A DNA stretch of 63,326 nucleotides, filler included, from Octopus bimaculoides (taxonomy: Eukaryota): assembly GCF_001194135.2 (NCBI RefSeq). It is 7 parts of 6 records of this genome, joined end to end, with 100 filler letters (N's around TTAATTAATTAA, not from the genome) between each part and the next. Parts side by side here need not be neighbours in the genome. Positions count along the whole stretch, not along the records: positions 1 to 14,023 come from NC_068996.1; positions 14,124 to 18,618 come from NW_026340586.1; positions 18,719 to 23,260 come from NC_068982.1; positions 23,361 to 27,330 come from NC_069003.1; 3 more parts are not named here. One strand, written 5' to 3'. The notes under the pieces are model-generated. The model was not told where the DNA came from, did not search any database, and saw only the letters and a list, made by a program, of their open reading frames with translations. Shown in pieces: positions 11,824 through 24,172 of the stretch (position 1 is its first letter; each line of letters starts with the position of its first letter). A program made the position numbers and the translations under genes.

Positions 11824-14023
11824 ATCGCTTGTCCAATGGTTATAATGGAAGCGCGCCTGTCAGGATTCTGTCAGCCTGACGACGAAAAATTTTCAAATGG
11901 CAGAATATCTTCCCCGAATACGAACCTGGAAGGTCACTTAGACGGGATTTGTCCCAAATTAAGCGCCCAAAGTTCACCACCACAGCGACCACAAAATCAA
12001 AAATGTAAAAGAACTAAATGGAACCGGGAAGAATATGAAGAAGTAATATACGCTTATTACTTTGCATTAAGTAGGCCAACCCAAGAGAAACACACCGCAA
12101 ACTCCTACAGAATTTGGAAGAGCCGGAATCCAGCTAGCAGACTAAATCTAGATGAAAACAGATTAGCAAATGTTAGAAGAGATATCTTCAGAAATACCAG
12201 ACTCACAGACGCAGAATTAACTTCTATTAAAAAAGTGGTAGAGAATGACCTAAATATAAGTCAGGAAAGAAATAATGAAGCAGAGGAGGGGAATGTTGGA
12301 CCACAAGCATTGACTGAAAGGCGACCATCTGCCGAAACCACTCAAGAGCCTGAAGAAAAAGGAGAATATAATGACCCTAGGAAAAACAGCCAGGAAATTG
12401 ATGTCGAAACAGAATTTGAAGACCACATATTTGCTGAACAACACAGAAAATCTATCATTGNNNNNNNNNNNNNNNNNNNNNNNNNNNNNNNNNNNNNNNN
12501 NNNNNNNNNNNNNNNNNNNNNNNNNNNNNNNNNNNNNNNNNNNNNNNNNNNNNNNNNNNNNNNNNNNNNNNNNNNNNNNNNNNNNNNNNNNNNNNNNNNN
12601 NNNNNNNNNNNNNNNNNNNNNNNNNNNNNNNNNNNNNNNNNNNNNNNNNNNNNNNNNNNNNNNNNNNNNNNNNNNNNNNNNNNNNNNNNNNNNNNNNNNN
12701 NNNNNNNNNNNNNNNNNNNNNNNNNNNNNNNNNNNNNNNNNNNNNNNNNNNNNNNNNNNNNNNNNNNNNNNNNNNNNNNNNNNNNNNNNNNNNNNNNNNN
12801 NNNNNNNNNNNNNNNNNNNNNNNNNNNNNNNNNNNNNNNNNNNNNNNNNATAACCATTGAAAATCCACCCCTAATGGAAGAAGTTGAACACTTTTGGAAA
12901 GGGATCTGGAGTGATGAGAAACCATACAATGAAAATGCAGACTGGATCAAACGCATCCAAGATGCCTACAAAAATCTACAAGAACAGGAATGGGAAGACA
13001 TCTCAATCGCCGACCTAAGGCTCATAAGTGGAAATCCCCTGGTACTGATAGGGTACCAAATTTCTGGCTCTCATCACTCTCGTCCGCACACAAAATGTTA
13101 GTAATACTATTTAATAGTATTATGAAAGACCCAGAAAAAAACTTCCCATTGGATGGCAAATGGTATTACTTACCTCCTCCCCAAAAATAACGAAACCGAA
13201 GACCCAAAAAACTACCGGCCTATAACATGTTTGTCTACTACCTATAAGATCTTGACATCTATTCTAGAGGAGAAAACATATACGTTTATGGAAGAGAATA
13301 ACCTCTTTCCCACTGCACAAAAAGGATGCAGACGAGGCTCATACGGATGCAAGGATCAGCTCTTAATTAATTGCATGATCCTTGAGAACTGCCATAACAA
13401 GTGCAGAAATCTCAGCTCTTCATGGATTGATTATAAAAAAAGCCTTTGACAACATACCACATTCGTGGATTCTGAAATCGCTGGACATTTTCAAAATTTC
13501 TCCTGTGATTTCAGATTTTTTAAAGTATATGTCACTATGGAACACGAAGCTGCAATTATATCATTCTAATAGAGCATTGCACTCAAACAATATTAGCATA
13601 AACTGTGGCATTTTCCAAGGTGACTCGCTTTCACCACTAATTTTCTACATAGCACTAATACCTCTCTCATGTGAACTGAATAGAACAGGGTATGGCTACA
13701 AAATTGACAACAGGAAAATAAGCCATCTATTTTATATGGATGATTTAAAGCTATATGGCAAAGATGATGAAGAGCTTCAAGGACTATTACATACTGTGAA
13801 AGAATTCAGTGATGATATCGGGATGGAGTTTGGCCTTGAAAAGTGTGCCAAAGCCTCTTTTAAGAAATGGAAACTGGTAAAGTCAAGTTCAATAGAATTA
13901 GATGTTGAAACAGTAATAAAGGAACTTGAGCAGGAACAAACCTATAAATACATAGGAATAAATGAAGGCTCTGGTATCCAGCTTTCAAACATAAAAGAGA
14001 AGGTTAGGAAGGAATGTTGTAGA
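11824..14023 (+). mobile_element. R4/Dong-type LINE copy C (5' half and RT), cut by gaps
   Basis: KRTKWNREEYEEVIYAYY N-terminal motif; KWKSPGTD; PKNYRPITCLSTTYK; QKGCRRGS; WIDYKKAFD; GIFQGDSLSPL; HLFYMDDLKLY; FGLEKCAK. Only a few frameshifts are seen. Confidence 0.92.
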
Positions 14024-14067
14024 NNNNNNNNNNNNNNNNNNNNNNNNNNNNNNNNNNNNNNNNNNNN

Positions 14068-14079
14068 TTAATTAATTAA
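14068..14079. other. Artificial scaffolding spacer TTAATTAATTAA in the centre of a 100-bp gap (also 18663, 23305, 27375, 49426, 53607)
   Basis: All six occurrences are exactly N44-TTAATTAATTAA-N44, and the 12-mer gives stops in all six frames. Confidence 0.95.
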
Positions 14080-14313
14080 NNNNNNNNNNNNNNNNNNNNN
14101 NNNNNNNNNNNNNNNNNNNNNNNATATATATATATATATATATATGAATATATACACTTACATATATATGTATGTACAAGTATACATATGCACGCACAAA
14201 CATTAATATATACGTGCGTATGTGTGTATACATATATGAACGCATGTATGTGTATGTATGTGTGTGTGCGTGCGTGTGTGTTAAAAGAAATATATATGTA
14301 TATATATTTAATG

Positions 14314-14539
14314 TCTTTATTGCCCACAAGGGCTAAACATAGAGGGGACAAACAAGGACAGACAAAGGGAGTAAGTCGATTACATCAACCCCAATGCGTA
14401 ACTGGTACTTAATTTATCGACCCCGAAGAGATGAAAGGCAAAGTCGACCTCGGCGGAATTTGAACTCAGAACGTAACGGCAGACGAAATACCGCTAAGCA
14501 TTTCGCCCGGCGTGCTAATGTTTCTGCCAGCTCGCCGCC
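14314..14539 (-). mobile_element. tRNA-derived SINE family B, full length
   Basis: Head ggcggcgagctggcagaa (A-box-like) and gagttcaaattcc (B-box-like); core gaggtcgactttgcctttcatc...gtcgataaattaagtaccag. From memory the core resembles the MetaSINE domain (unverified). Confidence 0.85.
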
Positions 14540-14690
14540 CTGTATATGTATATATGTTAGATAAAATGAGACAACAAAACCAAAGCAGTGTGAAACTTAT
14601 AGGACATTTAGAGAGAGAGAGAGAGAGAGAGTGACTGCGAAAGAGGGAGGCAGAATTAGCGAAAAAGAGAAGGAATAGATAGATAGATAA

Positions 14691-14744
<54 letters not shown>

Positions 14745-15018
14745 TTCAGTAATTGAACTGCAGTTATGCGGGATCACCACCTTGAAGGCTTTGGTAGAAG
14801 AAATCGAGCCCAAGACTCTTTTGTTGTTTTTTTAGTCTGGTATTGGTTTTGTTTGTTTCTTTTACCGAACCGCTCATTTATGGGAATGTAAACAAACTAA
14901 CACCGGCAGATATATAGATATANNNNNNNNNNNNNNNNNNNNNNNNNNNNNNNNNNNNNNNNNNNNNNNNNNNNNNNNNNNNNNNNNNNNNNNNNNNNNN
15001 NNNNNNNNNNNNNNNNNN

Positions 15019-15099
<81 letters not shown>

Positions 15100-15254
15100 C
15101 GTGTGTGTGTGTGTGTGTGTGTGCGCGTATATATATAAATACATATATGTATGTATTTATTTATGTATGTATGTATGTATGTATGTATGTGGTTCAAAAT
15201 TTATACAAAAAAAGATAGTCTGATTAGTCTGACGGTCAAGTAAAGTGGAAGACG

Positions 15255-15292
15255 TCTTTGACATTTCGAGCCAACGCTCTTCTACAGGAAGG
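15255..15292 (-). ncRNA. Minimal hammerhead-like motif with variant core (family H2)
   Basis: The minus strand reads ccttc-CTGTAGA-a-gagc-gttg-gctc-GAAA-tGTC-aaag. Relatives occur at 1-19, 41284-41315 and 47674-47709. Confidence 0.55.
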
Positions 15293-16847
15293 ATTGAAAA
15301 GAGGAAACAGAGGGAGAGAAGTAAAAATGGAGAGAAAAGAATGTATCTAGATTAACTGTTGCAACTGTTGCACATGTTGAATTGACCGGAAGAAAGTAAG
15401 TAGTTGGAGGCGTGAATAGCAAGAGTGACCATAGGGATTTGGCCAAAGTGTGTGTGCACAAACGTTTGGATCGATGAGGATATGTGCGTGTGTATGTGTG
15501 TATGGGCGTGCTCGCGTGTGTGTATGGGTAAGCACGTGTTTGTGTATGAAGATTGTGTAAGTATGAAGGTGCGTGTGTTATGTACGTGTTTGAATAAGTA
15601 CTTGCGTATGTGTGGAGCCACGTGAGAATATAAGTGTGAGAGTGGCTGTCCAGTATGTATGTGTCAAACTACCAGCTGCATGTGTATATGTGTAGCAGCT
15701 AATGTGTTTCAGTGTGTACTTCGTGCGAGTAGCGTATGTGCGTGTGTGTTCTTTTGCTGTTTTTAGGTGTGTCTATGTGTGTAAAAGGTAGCCAGACATA
15801 TGTGTGTGTGAATGTCTGTGCATAAAATGTTTGTGTGCGACACTGTTGTGTGATTGTGACACTGTTGTGTGCGTGTGTTTATGCGTGTGTATGTATGTGA
15901 GCGAATGTGCGTGCTGCTGTTATCAGCTAGTGTGTGTATATGGGGCTGTTAGATGAAGTCCGTGTGTATGGAATTGATATGTGTGTGTATATTCTGTGTT
16001 TGTGCGTATGTATATGTGTGTAAAAGTGCTTGTATGTGTGTATGTGTGTGAAGCTATCTGATGTATGCGTATGCTGTAGGGTGATGTTATGTGGGTCGAT
16101 CTGGATGGAAGTGCGAGGNNNNNNNNNNNNNNNNNNNNNNNNNNNNNNNNNNNNNNNNNNNNNNNNNNNNNNNNNNNNNNNNNNNNNNNNNNNNNNNNNN
16201 NNNNNNNNNNNNNNNNNNNNNNNNNNNNNNNNNNNNNNNNNNNNNNNNNNNNNNNNNNNNNNNNNNNNNNNNNNNNNNNNNNNNNNNNNNNNNNNNNNNN
16301 NNNNNNNNNNNNNNNNNNNNNNNNNNNNNNNNNNNNNNNNNNNNNNNNNNNNNNNNNNNNNNNNNNNNNNNNNNNNNNNNNNNNNNNNNNNNNNNNNNNN
16401 NNNNNNNNNNNNNNNNNNNNNNNNNNNNNNNNNNNNNNNNNNNNNNNNNNNNNNNNNNNNNNNNNNNNNNNNNNNNNNNNNNNNNNNNNNNNNNNNNNNN
16501 NNNNNNNNNNNNNNNNNNNNNNNNNNNNNNNNNNNNNNNNNNNNNNNNNNNNNNNNNNNNNNNNNNNNNNNNNNNNNNNNNNNNNNNNNNNNNNNNNNNN
16601 NNNNNNNNNNNNNNNNNNNNNNNNNNNNNNNNNNNNNNNNNNNNNNNNNNNNNNNNNNNNNNNNNNNNNNNNNNNNNNNNNNNNNNNNNNNNNNNNNNNN
16701 NNNNNNNNNNNNNNNNNNNNNNNNNNNNNNNNNNNNNNNATAGTAAGGAGGAGGAGGGGAAGAAAGAGGAAGAGGAGGAGGTGAAGAAGGAAAAGAAGAG
16801 AGAAGAAGTGGAGGAGAGGGAACAGGATGGAAGGGGTGAGGAGTGAA

Positions 16848-16985
16848 TGTATTGTCTTGTCACACTCATTGTCACGCTGAATCTCCCTAAGAACTACGTT
16901 AAGGGTACACGTGTCTGTGGAGTGCTCAGCCAATTGCACGCTAATTTCATCAGCACGCTGATCCGACGGAGTACCAGTAATCTTT
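16848..16985 (+). mobile_element. Partial copy of SINE family C (central domain)
   Basis: gtcacgctgaat...gaactacgttaagggtacacgtgtctgtggagtgctcagcca is shared with 17974-18338. Confidence 0.8.
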
Positions 16986-17299
16986 ATGTTTGTGAGAATG
17001 TGTATGTATATATGTGTGTATCAGTGTGTGTGTGTGTGTGTGTGCGTGTGTGTGTGTATTGCGTGTTTGTATGTGCGTCTGTGTGTTCGCGCGTGTGTGC
17101 ATGTGTGTCCGTGTCCCCACTCACTCGAATAAGTAGATAGATAGATAAACATATGAATATATATGTATATATGTGTATATATATACGTATATATATATAT
17201 GTATATGTACATGTATATATGCATATGTATGCGTATATATATATATATATACGCTGACTACTTGATAAATTCTTATAAAGATTCTATCCTATATTATAT

Positions 17300-17352
<53 letters not shown>

Positions 17353-17486
17353 CATCATCTGGACGGTTTCACAGGAGCTGGCTGGGCAGAAGACTACATC
17401 AGTCTTCACTGTCTGTTTTGGCAGAGTTTTTTATGGCTAGATACCTTTCCTAACACCAAACAATTTATATGTATGTAGGTATGTAT

Positions 17487-17665
17487 GTGGTTTCGATTCC
17501 TGGACTGGGTGTTCTTGAGCAAAATATTTCATTTCACGTTGCTCCAGTCCACTCAGCTGGCAAAAATGAGTAAGGCTGCGATGGACTGGCGTCCCGTCTA
17601 GCTGGGGAACACATACGCCATTGAAACCGGGAAACCGGGTCCATGAGCTTGGTTAGGCTTTAAAA
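17487..17665 (+). mobile_element. V-SINE-like element, 5' truncated
   Basis: B-box-like ggtttcgattcc, then ctgcgatggactggcgtcccgtc, which resembles the V-SINE core as recalled (unverified). Confidence 0.5.
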
Positions 17666-17973
17666 GGGCGCAAAAGAAAGAATGTATATATATATATGTA
17701 TGTACGTATGTATATTATCATCATCATCATCATTTTTATATCATTATGCTTACCTATCTCTCTGTCCGTTATAGCACAGATGAAATAACTTCCAATGAAA
17801 ATCCCGATGACCCTCTCCTGAAACTGACCAAAGGTAAAGAAGATTCTACCATCGCGATCAAGTCATTGAAATATGCCGAAATTGTATTGAAATGTGCTGA
17901 AAGAAACAAAACGAAAGAAGTGTGGAGCTGTCTATCAAGTGAGTGTATATATTTATGTAGACTCATATGTACT

Positions 17974-18338
17974 GTGAAGGCGCAATGGCCCAGTGGTTAG
18001 GGCAATCGCGGTTTCGATTCCCAGACCGGGCGTTGTGTTTATTGAGCGAAAACACCTAAAGTTCCACTAGGCTCCGGCAGGGGATGGTGGTGAACCCTGC
18101 TGTACTCTTCTACCACAACTTTCTCTCACTCTTACTTCCTGTTTCTATTGTGCCTGTAATTCAAAGGGTCAGCCTTGTCACACTGTGTCACGCTGAATAT
18201 CCCCGAGAACTACGTTAAGGGTATACGTGTCTGTGGAGTGCTCAGCCACTTGCACGTTAATTTCACGAGCAGGCTGTTCCGTTGATCGGATCAACTGGAA
18301 TCCTCGACATAGTAAGCGACGGAATGCCAACAACAAAC
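17974..18338 (+). mobile_element. tRNA-derived SINE family C, full length
   Basis: A-box tggcccagtgg, B-box ggtttcgattcc, a long central domain and a (CAA)-like tail. Confidence 0.85.
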
Positions 18339-18573
18339 AGAGGATGTAAATAGAGAAGAATTTTTTAAGACGTCATGTTTAAAGACACGACTGTGTTTGT
18401 GTTTAATCTGTTTTGTTAAGGTTTTTTTTTCGTTATTGCAATATTGGTCCTTTTTTATTGAATTGGTACAATAAAGGTGAAAGTCTCAAGGTCGTCCCGA
18501 TATTCTGATCAGGATCATGGGAATAGAGTTGTATGTGTAAAAATCGTCAACGCTGAATGTCATATAAATCTAT

Positions 18574-18618
<45 letters not shown>

Positions 18619-18718
18619 NNNNNNNNNNNNNNNNNNNNNNNNNNNNNNNNNNNNNNNNNNNNTTAATTAATTAANNNNNNNNNNNNNNNNNNNNNNNNNN
18701 NNNNNNNNNNNNNNNNNN

Positions 18719-18777
<59 letters not shown>

Positions 18778-18789
18778 GTGTATGTATTT

Positions 18790-18977
18790 GTGTGTCTGTG
18801 TTTGTCCCTCCAACATCGCTTGACAACCGATGCTGGTGTGTTTACGTCCCCGTAACTTAGCGGTTCGGCAAAAGACACCGATAGAATAAGTACTAGGCTT
18901 CCAAAGAATAAGTCCTGGGGTCGATTTGCTCGACTAAAGGCGGTGCTCCAGCATGGCCACAGTCAAAGAGTAAAAAG
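18790..18977 (+). mobile_element. SINE family A, 3' half
   Basis: catcgcttgacaaccgatgctgg...ggcggtgctccagcatggcc matches the 3' half of 27513-27920. Confidence 0.85.
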
Positions 18978-19150
18978 TATATGTATATATATATATATAA
19001 TTATTAATTTAATGTATAAATTATCTATAAATTTTTATTGCGTGCATCCTGTGTATTTTCCGATGGTTGCAATGTATATAACTCATGTCGCCGATGTTAA
19101 AATACCTTAGAGTTATGGACAGGCGAGATAACTCACACTCAATCCCATTT

Positions 19151-19207
19151 GGGAGTGATGGATATCGATGTTTCGCCATTTTTGTGGCTTGTCAGCATCA
19201 CGTACCC
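19151..19207 (-). ncRNA. Degenerate type I hammerhead motif (family H3)
   Basis: The minus strand reads gtgatg-CTGACAA-gcca-caaaaa-tggc-GAAA-CatcgataTC-catcac. Stems I and II pair, stem III has a palindromic centre, and there is one core change (G8 to A at a CpG). Confidence 0.6.
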
Positions 19208-19371
19208 ACCTGGGGTTGAAGGTGAATCACCTACCTAGTCGACGAATTATATGCTCAAGGCTTGTAAAATCATGAGCTGGTATGCTCGGAAATTGCATAC
19301 CTAAGAGAAAATTTACATATGAAGTAAGAGTAGCTCTAATATAATAAATACTATTAAATACACATACTAAT

Positions 19372-19473
19372 AGGGGCAGGCATGTGGTAAGAAGCTTGCT
19401 TTCCAACCACATGGTTCCGGGTTCAGACCCACTGCGAGTGGATTTGGTAGACAGAAACTGAAAGAAGCCCGTC
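19372..19473 (+). mobile_element. SINE family A head with internal deletion
   Basis: tgtggtaagaagcttgc...ggttcagacccactgcg joins directly to agtggatttggtagac. Confidence 0.8.
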
Positions 19474-20061
19474 GTGTATATATATGTATATATATTTGTG
19501 TCTGTGTGTNNNNNNNNNNNNNNNNNNNNNNNNNNNNNNNNNNNNNNNNNNNNNNNNNNNNNNNNNNNNNNNNNNNNNNNNNNNNNNNNNNNNNNNNNNN
19601 NNNNNNNNNNNNNNNNNNNNNNNNNNNNNNNNNNNNNNNNNNNNNNNNNNNNNNNNNNNNNNNNNNNNNNNNNNNNNNNNNNNNNNNNNNNNNNNNNNNN
19701 NNNNNNNNNNNNNNNNNNNNNNNNNNNNNNNNNNNNNNNNNNNNNNNNNNNNNNNNNNNNNNNNNNNNNNNNNNNNNNNNNNNNNNNNNNNNNNNNNNNN
19801 NNNNNNNNNNNNNNNNNNNNNNNNNNNNNNNNNNNNNNNNNNNNNNNNNNNNNNNNNNNNNNNNNNNNNNNNNNNNNNNNNNNNNNNNNNNNNNNNNNNN
19901 NNNNNNNNNNNNNNNNNNNNNNNNNNNNNNNNNNNNNNNNNNNNNNNNNNNNNNNNNNNNNNNNNNNNNNNNNNNNNNNNNNNNNNNNNNNNNNNNNNNN
20001 NNNNNNNNNNNNNNNNNNNNNNNNNNNNNNNNNNNNNTATGTACTTATACATACGTATACA

Positions 20062-20113
<52 letters not shown>

Positions 20114-20114
20114 C

Positions 20115-22450
20115 GTGTTTGCTCTTATCGAGCTGTCTTATAGTATGCTGTTGGTCGAACGACTAGGCGTAACCCAAAGTTCGATTTTTTCGGTGATGAA
20201 TGTATGGGGCGAAGTTTTACTGTTTGAAGATGTTAAACTCTCACAATTGTTCGTAGATACTGATGGTGAGAGTTTCTATGTGTAAATGGTCTGTAGGTGT
20301 GATTTGTGTACAACCTGTGATGATGTATAGTTTGTTGTTTTGTGCACTTTGTAATTTATTGTGATTTGTTGTAAACAGATTTGGATTCAGACTGAACCGG
20401 AAGAGTTCATGATATATCTGATATAGTATCTGTACACCATTGTTGTTTCTTTTTGTTAGCTTAACATGGTATTTGTGATTGTTTTAAATATATGCATGCA
20501 TCTTTTTTACATTTGCTTTGTTATCTGTGTATGATGTGAATATTGTGGGCGAGTTGTATATGACTGCTACTATTTTTGTCGTTTTTTGTCAATGAATTTC
20601 ATGTTGAATGTGGTGATTGTTTTGGAACCGTGTTTTCCATGTGATTTAAGAAGGGTTGGATAAGTTGTGAAGCAGTGCCTAAAAATGGTGAGAGAATATG
20701 TGATATCATCTGTGTATGAGATAGTGTGGGGAGATCATGTAGTTACAGATTAAAAGAATTAGTGAATTGACGGATCCTTGTGGTATTCGGTTCAGAAAAT
20801 TGTTGGCTATAAATCTTATTCTTGAACTTTGGATATGCTTGGTGACCAGGCAGGTAGTTTACTTAGCAGTGCTTTGTATCATTTCTGAATTTGATGTTGA
20901 GTATTTTTGCACGAGTAATCAGCAGGCAGTAGAGTCAAAAGCTTTGCCCAAGTCGATGATAATATAAAAGATTTAATAGACGTTGGTTGAGTGTTGTGAT
21001 TTCAATCGTTGATGTAAATTAAGAGGATGATGTGTGGGCTTGTAGTGTTAAGAGTTAGACATTTTAGAGTTTTGAGAGTGTGCATAGGATTGTGATGTGT
21101 CTGTAAAATGTTACGTCACTTAGGTTTTTGGAGCTTTAGAAATTGTGGCGATTTGCTCTGCACTCTTAGAATTTGCTAAGTCTTCGGTGTTTCAGGTTTA
21201 TATTTGTGACTTTGATTAGCCCCAGGTTTTTGAGGTTTTAGATTTCTCTTTTGCTCTTTGGGTGGCAGATGGAAGAAAGATGTTTAAAATTTAAACTTTA
21301 AATCATGGTCCAGGTAGAAAACGTCTATTTTTTTGTTTCGTGTTCCTGTCTTCTTTGTGTGAGTTTTAATAAATGCATTTCGAAAAATGTTTGACAATGA
21401 TGTTTTCATATTGTTGCTGTGTGGGTATGTTGTTAATTGGGGGTTGTTATTATATCATTGTGACGTAAATTGCGGTGTGGCTGTGGTTATTGTCGTTGAT
21501 ACTGCTTTGTAGTTTGCATTGAATACGATACTTGTTAGTTTTCTATTTTTCTATAGCAAAAGTTTTTATTTTTGCTATATCTTTCTTTAGCTGTTTGAAT
21601 CTAAGCTTTATTTATGATGTGTGTGTTGTTGGTGTATTGTTTTTGAGGCTGTCACTGACTTTTATGAGGTTGTCTATTTTTAATTTGTAATTGAAGTCGT
21701 ATTTTTTGTGTTGCTTTTTATGTTTTTAGATGTGTTTATAATTATCTTATTGAATGTATGTACTGCAGTGCTTTTGGTGATTACGGTTGTTGAATTCTGA
21801 AAAACCCTTTCTGCTCCTTGGTGAAACTCGTTTCACGGAGCTTTTTAATGATAAGTGTTATTGTGTTATTCATTGGTGTCCATTGTGCTGTGATAATAAC
21901 TTTTGAGTCGTCTAGGGAAAGATGAGGAATTATTTGCCGAATGGTTCGGATAGCATGATGTGTAGAACAAAAAGTGATGTCTGGGGAAAAGCTGTTGTAG
22001 TTGACTTGGTGAGATGTATGTCTCTGTGGGCTGGTTAGAATGTAAAAAAATGTGATTGTTTTGATATTAAGTCATAGTTTAGTTTTTTCAAATGTTATTG
22101 TTTTTATACTTATAAGGGAATTTCAGGAAACGCTTGTTTTCCTAAATGTGGACAACATTTCTGGCTGTTCCTTCTGACACATGGAGCTCTTTTGCAATTG
22201 ACCTCATGGATTTCCAGGGATTATAATCAATGGTCTGTCGATGATTTCAGAGCGTTTAGAATGCTTTTTTATGCTTTGATACTGGTGATACATTTCTATC
22301 TTCAGTCTCTAGCTCCTTACAAACTTTGTAGAGGAAAGATCTTACAACTTTTAAAAAATCGAGATATTTCTAAACCGCTATGCTCAGCCTTTATAACCAC
22401 AATAACAGCATGCCTCTTAATTTCTTGAGTAAACTGAGTCTGCCATTATA
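20115..22450 (-). mobile_element. Decayed APE-RT LINE (I/Jockey group, Ingi/Vingi/Nimb-like; clade uncertain)
   Basis: Minus-strand remnants: APE C-terminus SPDITFCS...LSLDDSKVII; RT motifs IIDLGKAFDS (20930-20960), IPQGSVNSLIL (~20760-20795) and YTDDIT (~20695-20715); thumb KLQSAQNKLYIITGCTQITPTDHLHIETL. No RNase H was recognised. Confidence 0.8.
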
Positions 22451-22534
22451 ATTTTCTGAAACAAAGATTATACAGATTTAGCAAAAAAATGCAGCAATGA
22501 CCCAAGAAAGGTATATTTTCAAATACCTTACGCA

Positions 22535-22572
<38 letters not shown>

Positions 22573-22664
22573 CATATGTATGTATGTATGTATGTTTGTA
22601 TTTCACACATAGACACATGCACAAACATTTGTTTCAGTATATTTGCTTTTCAATTCTATGATAC

Positions 22665-22699
<35 letters not shown>

Positions 22700-23154
22700 A
22701 CGTACACACACACACACACATATATATATTACACACACATGTACACGCGCGCGCACACACATTCAGAAGATTATCGTTGTATCTATAGCAACAGACGTTA
22801 ACTCCCAATAGATTGGTTCGTCATCAGAGTCACAAGGTTTCTTTAGTAACGTATGCGGGAGTATTGGGAAGAGGCTCATGTAAAAGTCAACGAACATCAG
22901 TCTACATATACATATATATTTATAGATTGTTATTGCTGCTAAGCTCCATGTCTACACTGATCGCGCAGACAATTTATCAGTCATTCTATCCTTGAGCTTC
23001 TGGTTTTTCCCTCTGTACAAGGGACCTAGAAGCACCTTGTACAATGTGTTCCTTTCTAATACAACGGAATATGCTTCGAGAGAGACGTGTCTGCCATTAC
23101 AGTCAGTGATCGACCACAAAACTAAAAATGTAAAGACATCTTCTCTGATTATCA

Positions 23155-23186
<32 letters not shown>

Positions 23187-23555
23187 GTATGTATGCATGT
23201 ATGTATGTATGTATGTATGTATGTATGTATGTATATGTATGTTTGCGTGTGTGTGTGTGTNNNNNNNNNNNNNNNNNNNNNNNNNNNNNNNNNNNNNNNN
23301 NNNNTTAATTAATTAANNNNNNNNNNNNNNNNNNNNNNNNNNNNNNNNNNNNNNNNNNNNAAGGGGAGAGAACTAAGAACTGGTTTAATCAATCGTGTCT
23401 ATTGTTGCTCTGTGTGTTGTATGTATGTATGTATGTATGTATGTATATATGCATGCAAGCACGTGTGTGTGTGCGTACGTATCTGCGTACTCCACGTGTT
23501 TATGGTTGTATGTATTTGTATACCAGTACTTGTATGTATGTATGTTTATTCCGTT

Positions 23556-23615
23556 TCCTGTCCCTGATGAGCTGGGTTGTTATGACAAGCCTGCGAAAGT
23601 TTAAGTTGCAAGGGG
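23556..23615 (+). ncRNA. Degenerate hammerhead motif (family H4)
   Basis: CTGATGA (23564-23570), a 10-bp stem II with two mismatches (gctgggttgt-tatg-acaagcctgc), then GAAA (23595-23598). Stems I and III pair poorly. Confidence 0.45.
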
Positions 23616-23714
23616 CCGAATTAAGCTGCTTATTTTTAAAAATGATGATGATGATGATGATGATAATAGTTATTATTATTATTTCTACCATAGGCCTTGA
23701 AAATATTTGGGTGG

Positions 23715-23888
23715 GGGGAAGGAGGCGATTACATGGACTCTAGTGCGTAACTGGTATTTATTTCATCAATCCCGAAAGGATGAAAAGCAAAGTCGACCTC
23801 GGTGGAATTTGAACTCAGAACGTAGTGGCAGACGAAATACTGCTAAGCATTTCGCCCGGTGTGCTAACGATTCTGCCAGCTCACCACC
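23715..23888 (-). mobile_element. SINE family B copy
   Basis: Same head, boxes and core as 14314-14539. Confidence 0.85.
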
Positions 23889-24095
23889 CTGATGATAATA
23901 GTAAGAAGAAGAAGAAGAAGAAAAAGAAGAAATCCGATGATTGCTTAACTGGCTGAAGCTTCGAAGTCACTGTGGTTTCTATTCTTGTTAACGAATAATA
24001 GATTTTTACTCTACCAAATGTATTGAGTAATCCTTGTCTCCAATGTAATCTTTTTTTATCATAACATAAAACAGCATGATATATATAAGTACACA

Positions 24096-24172
<77 letters not shown>

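Noticed and set aside
14024-14123. TTAATTAATTAA palindrome recurring six times
   Set aside because: Always centred in an exact N44/N44 gap; an assembly spacer, not biology.
15923-16939. Long ORFs of 200-340 aa (also near 19227-20285, 47752-48682 and 50558-51268)
   Set aside because: Their length comes from N-gaps translated as X.
22800-22845. CTGATGA on the minus strand followed by a small hairpin
   Set aside because: No GAAA in register and no stem I complementarity.
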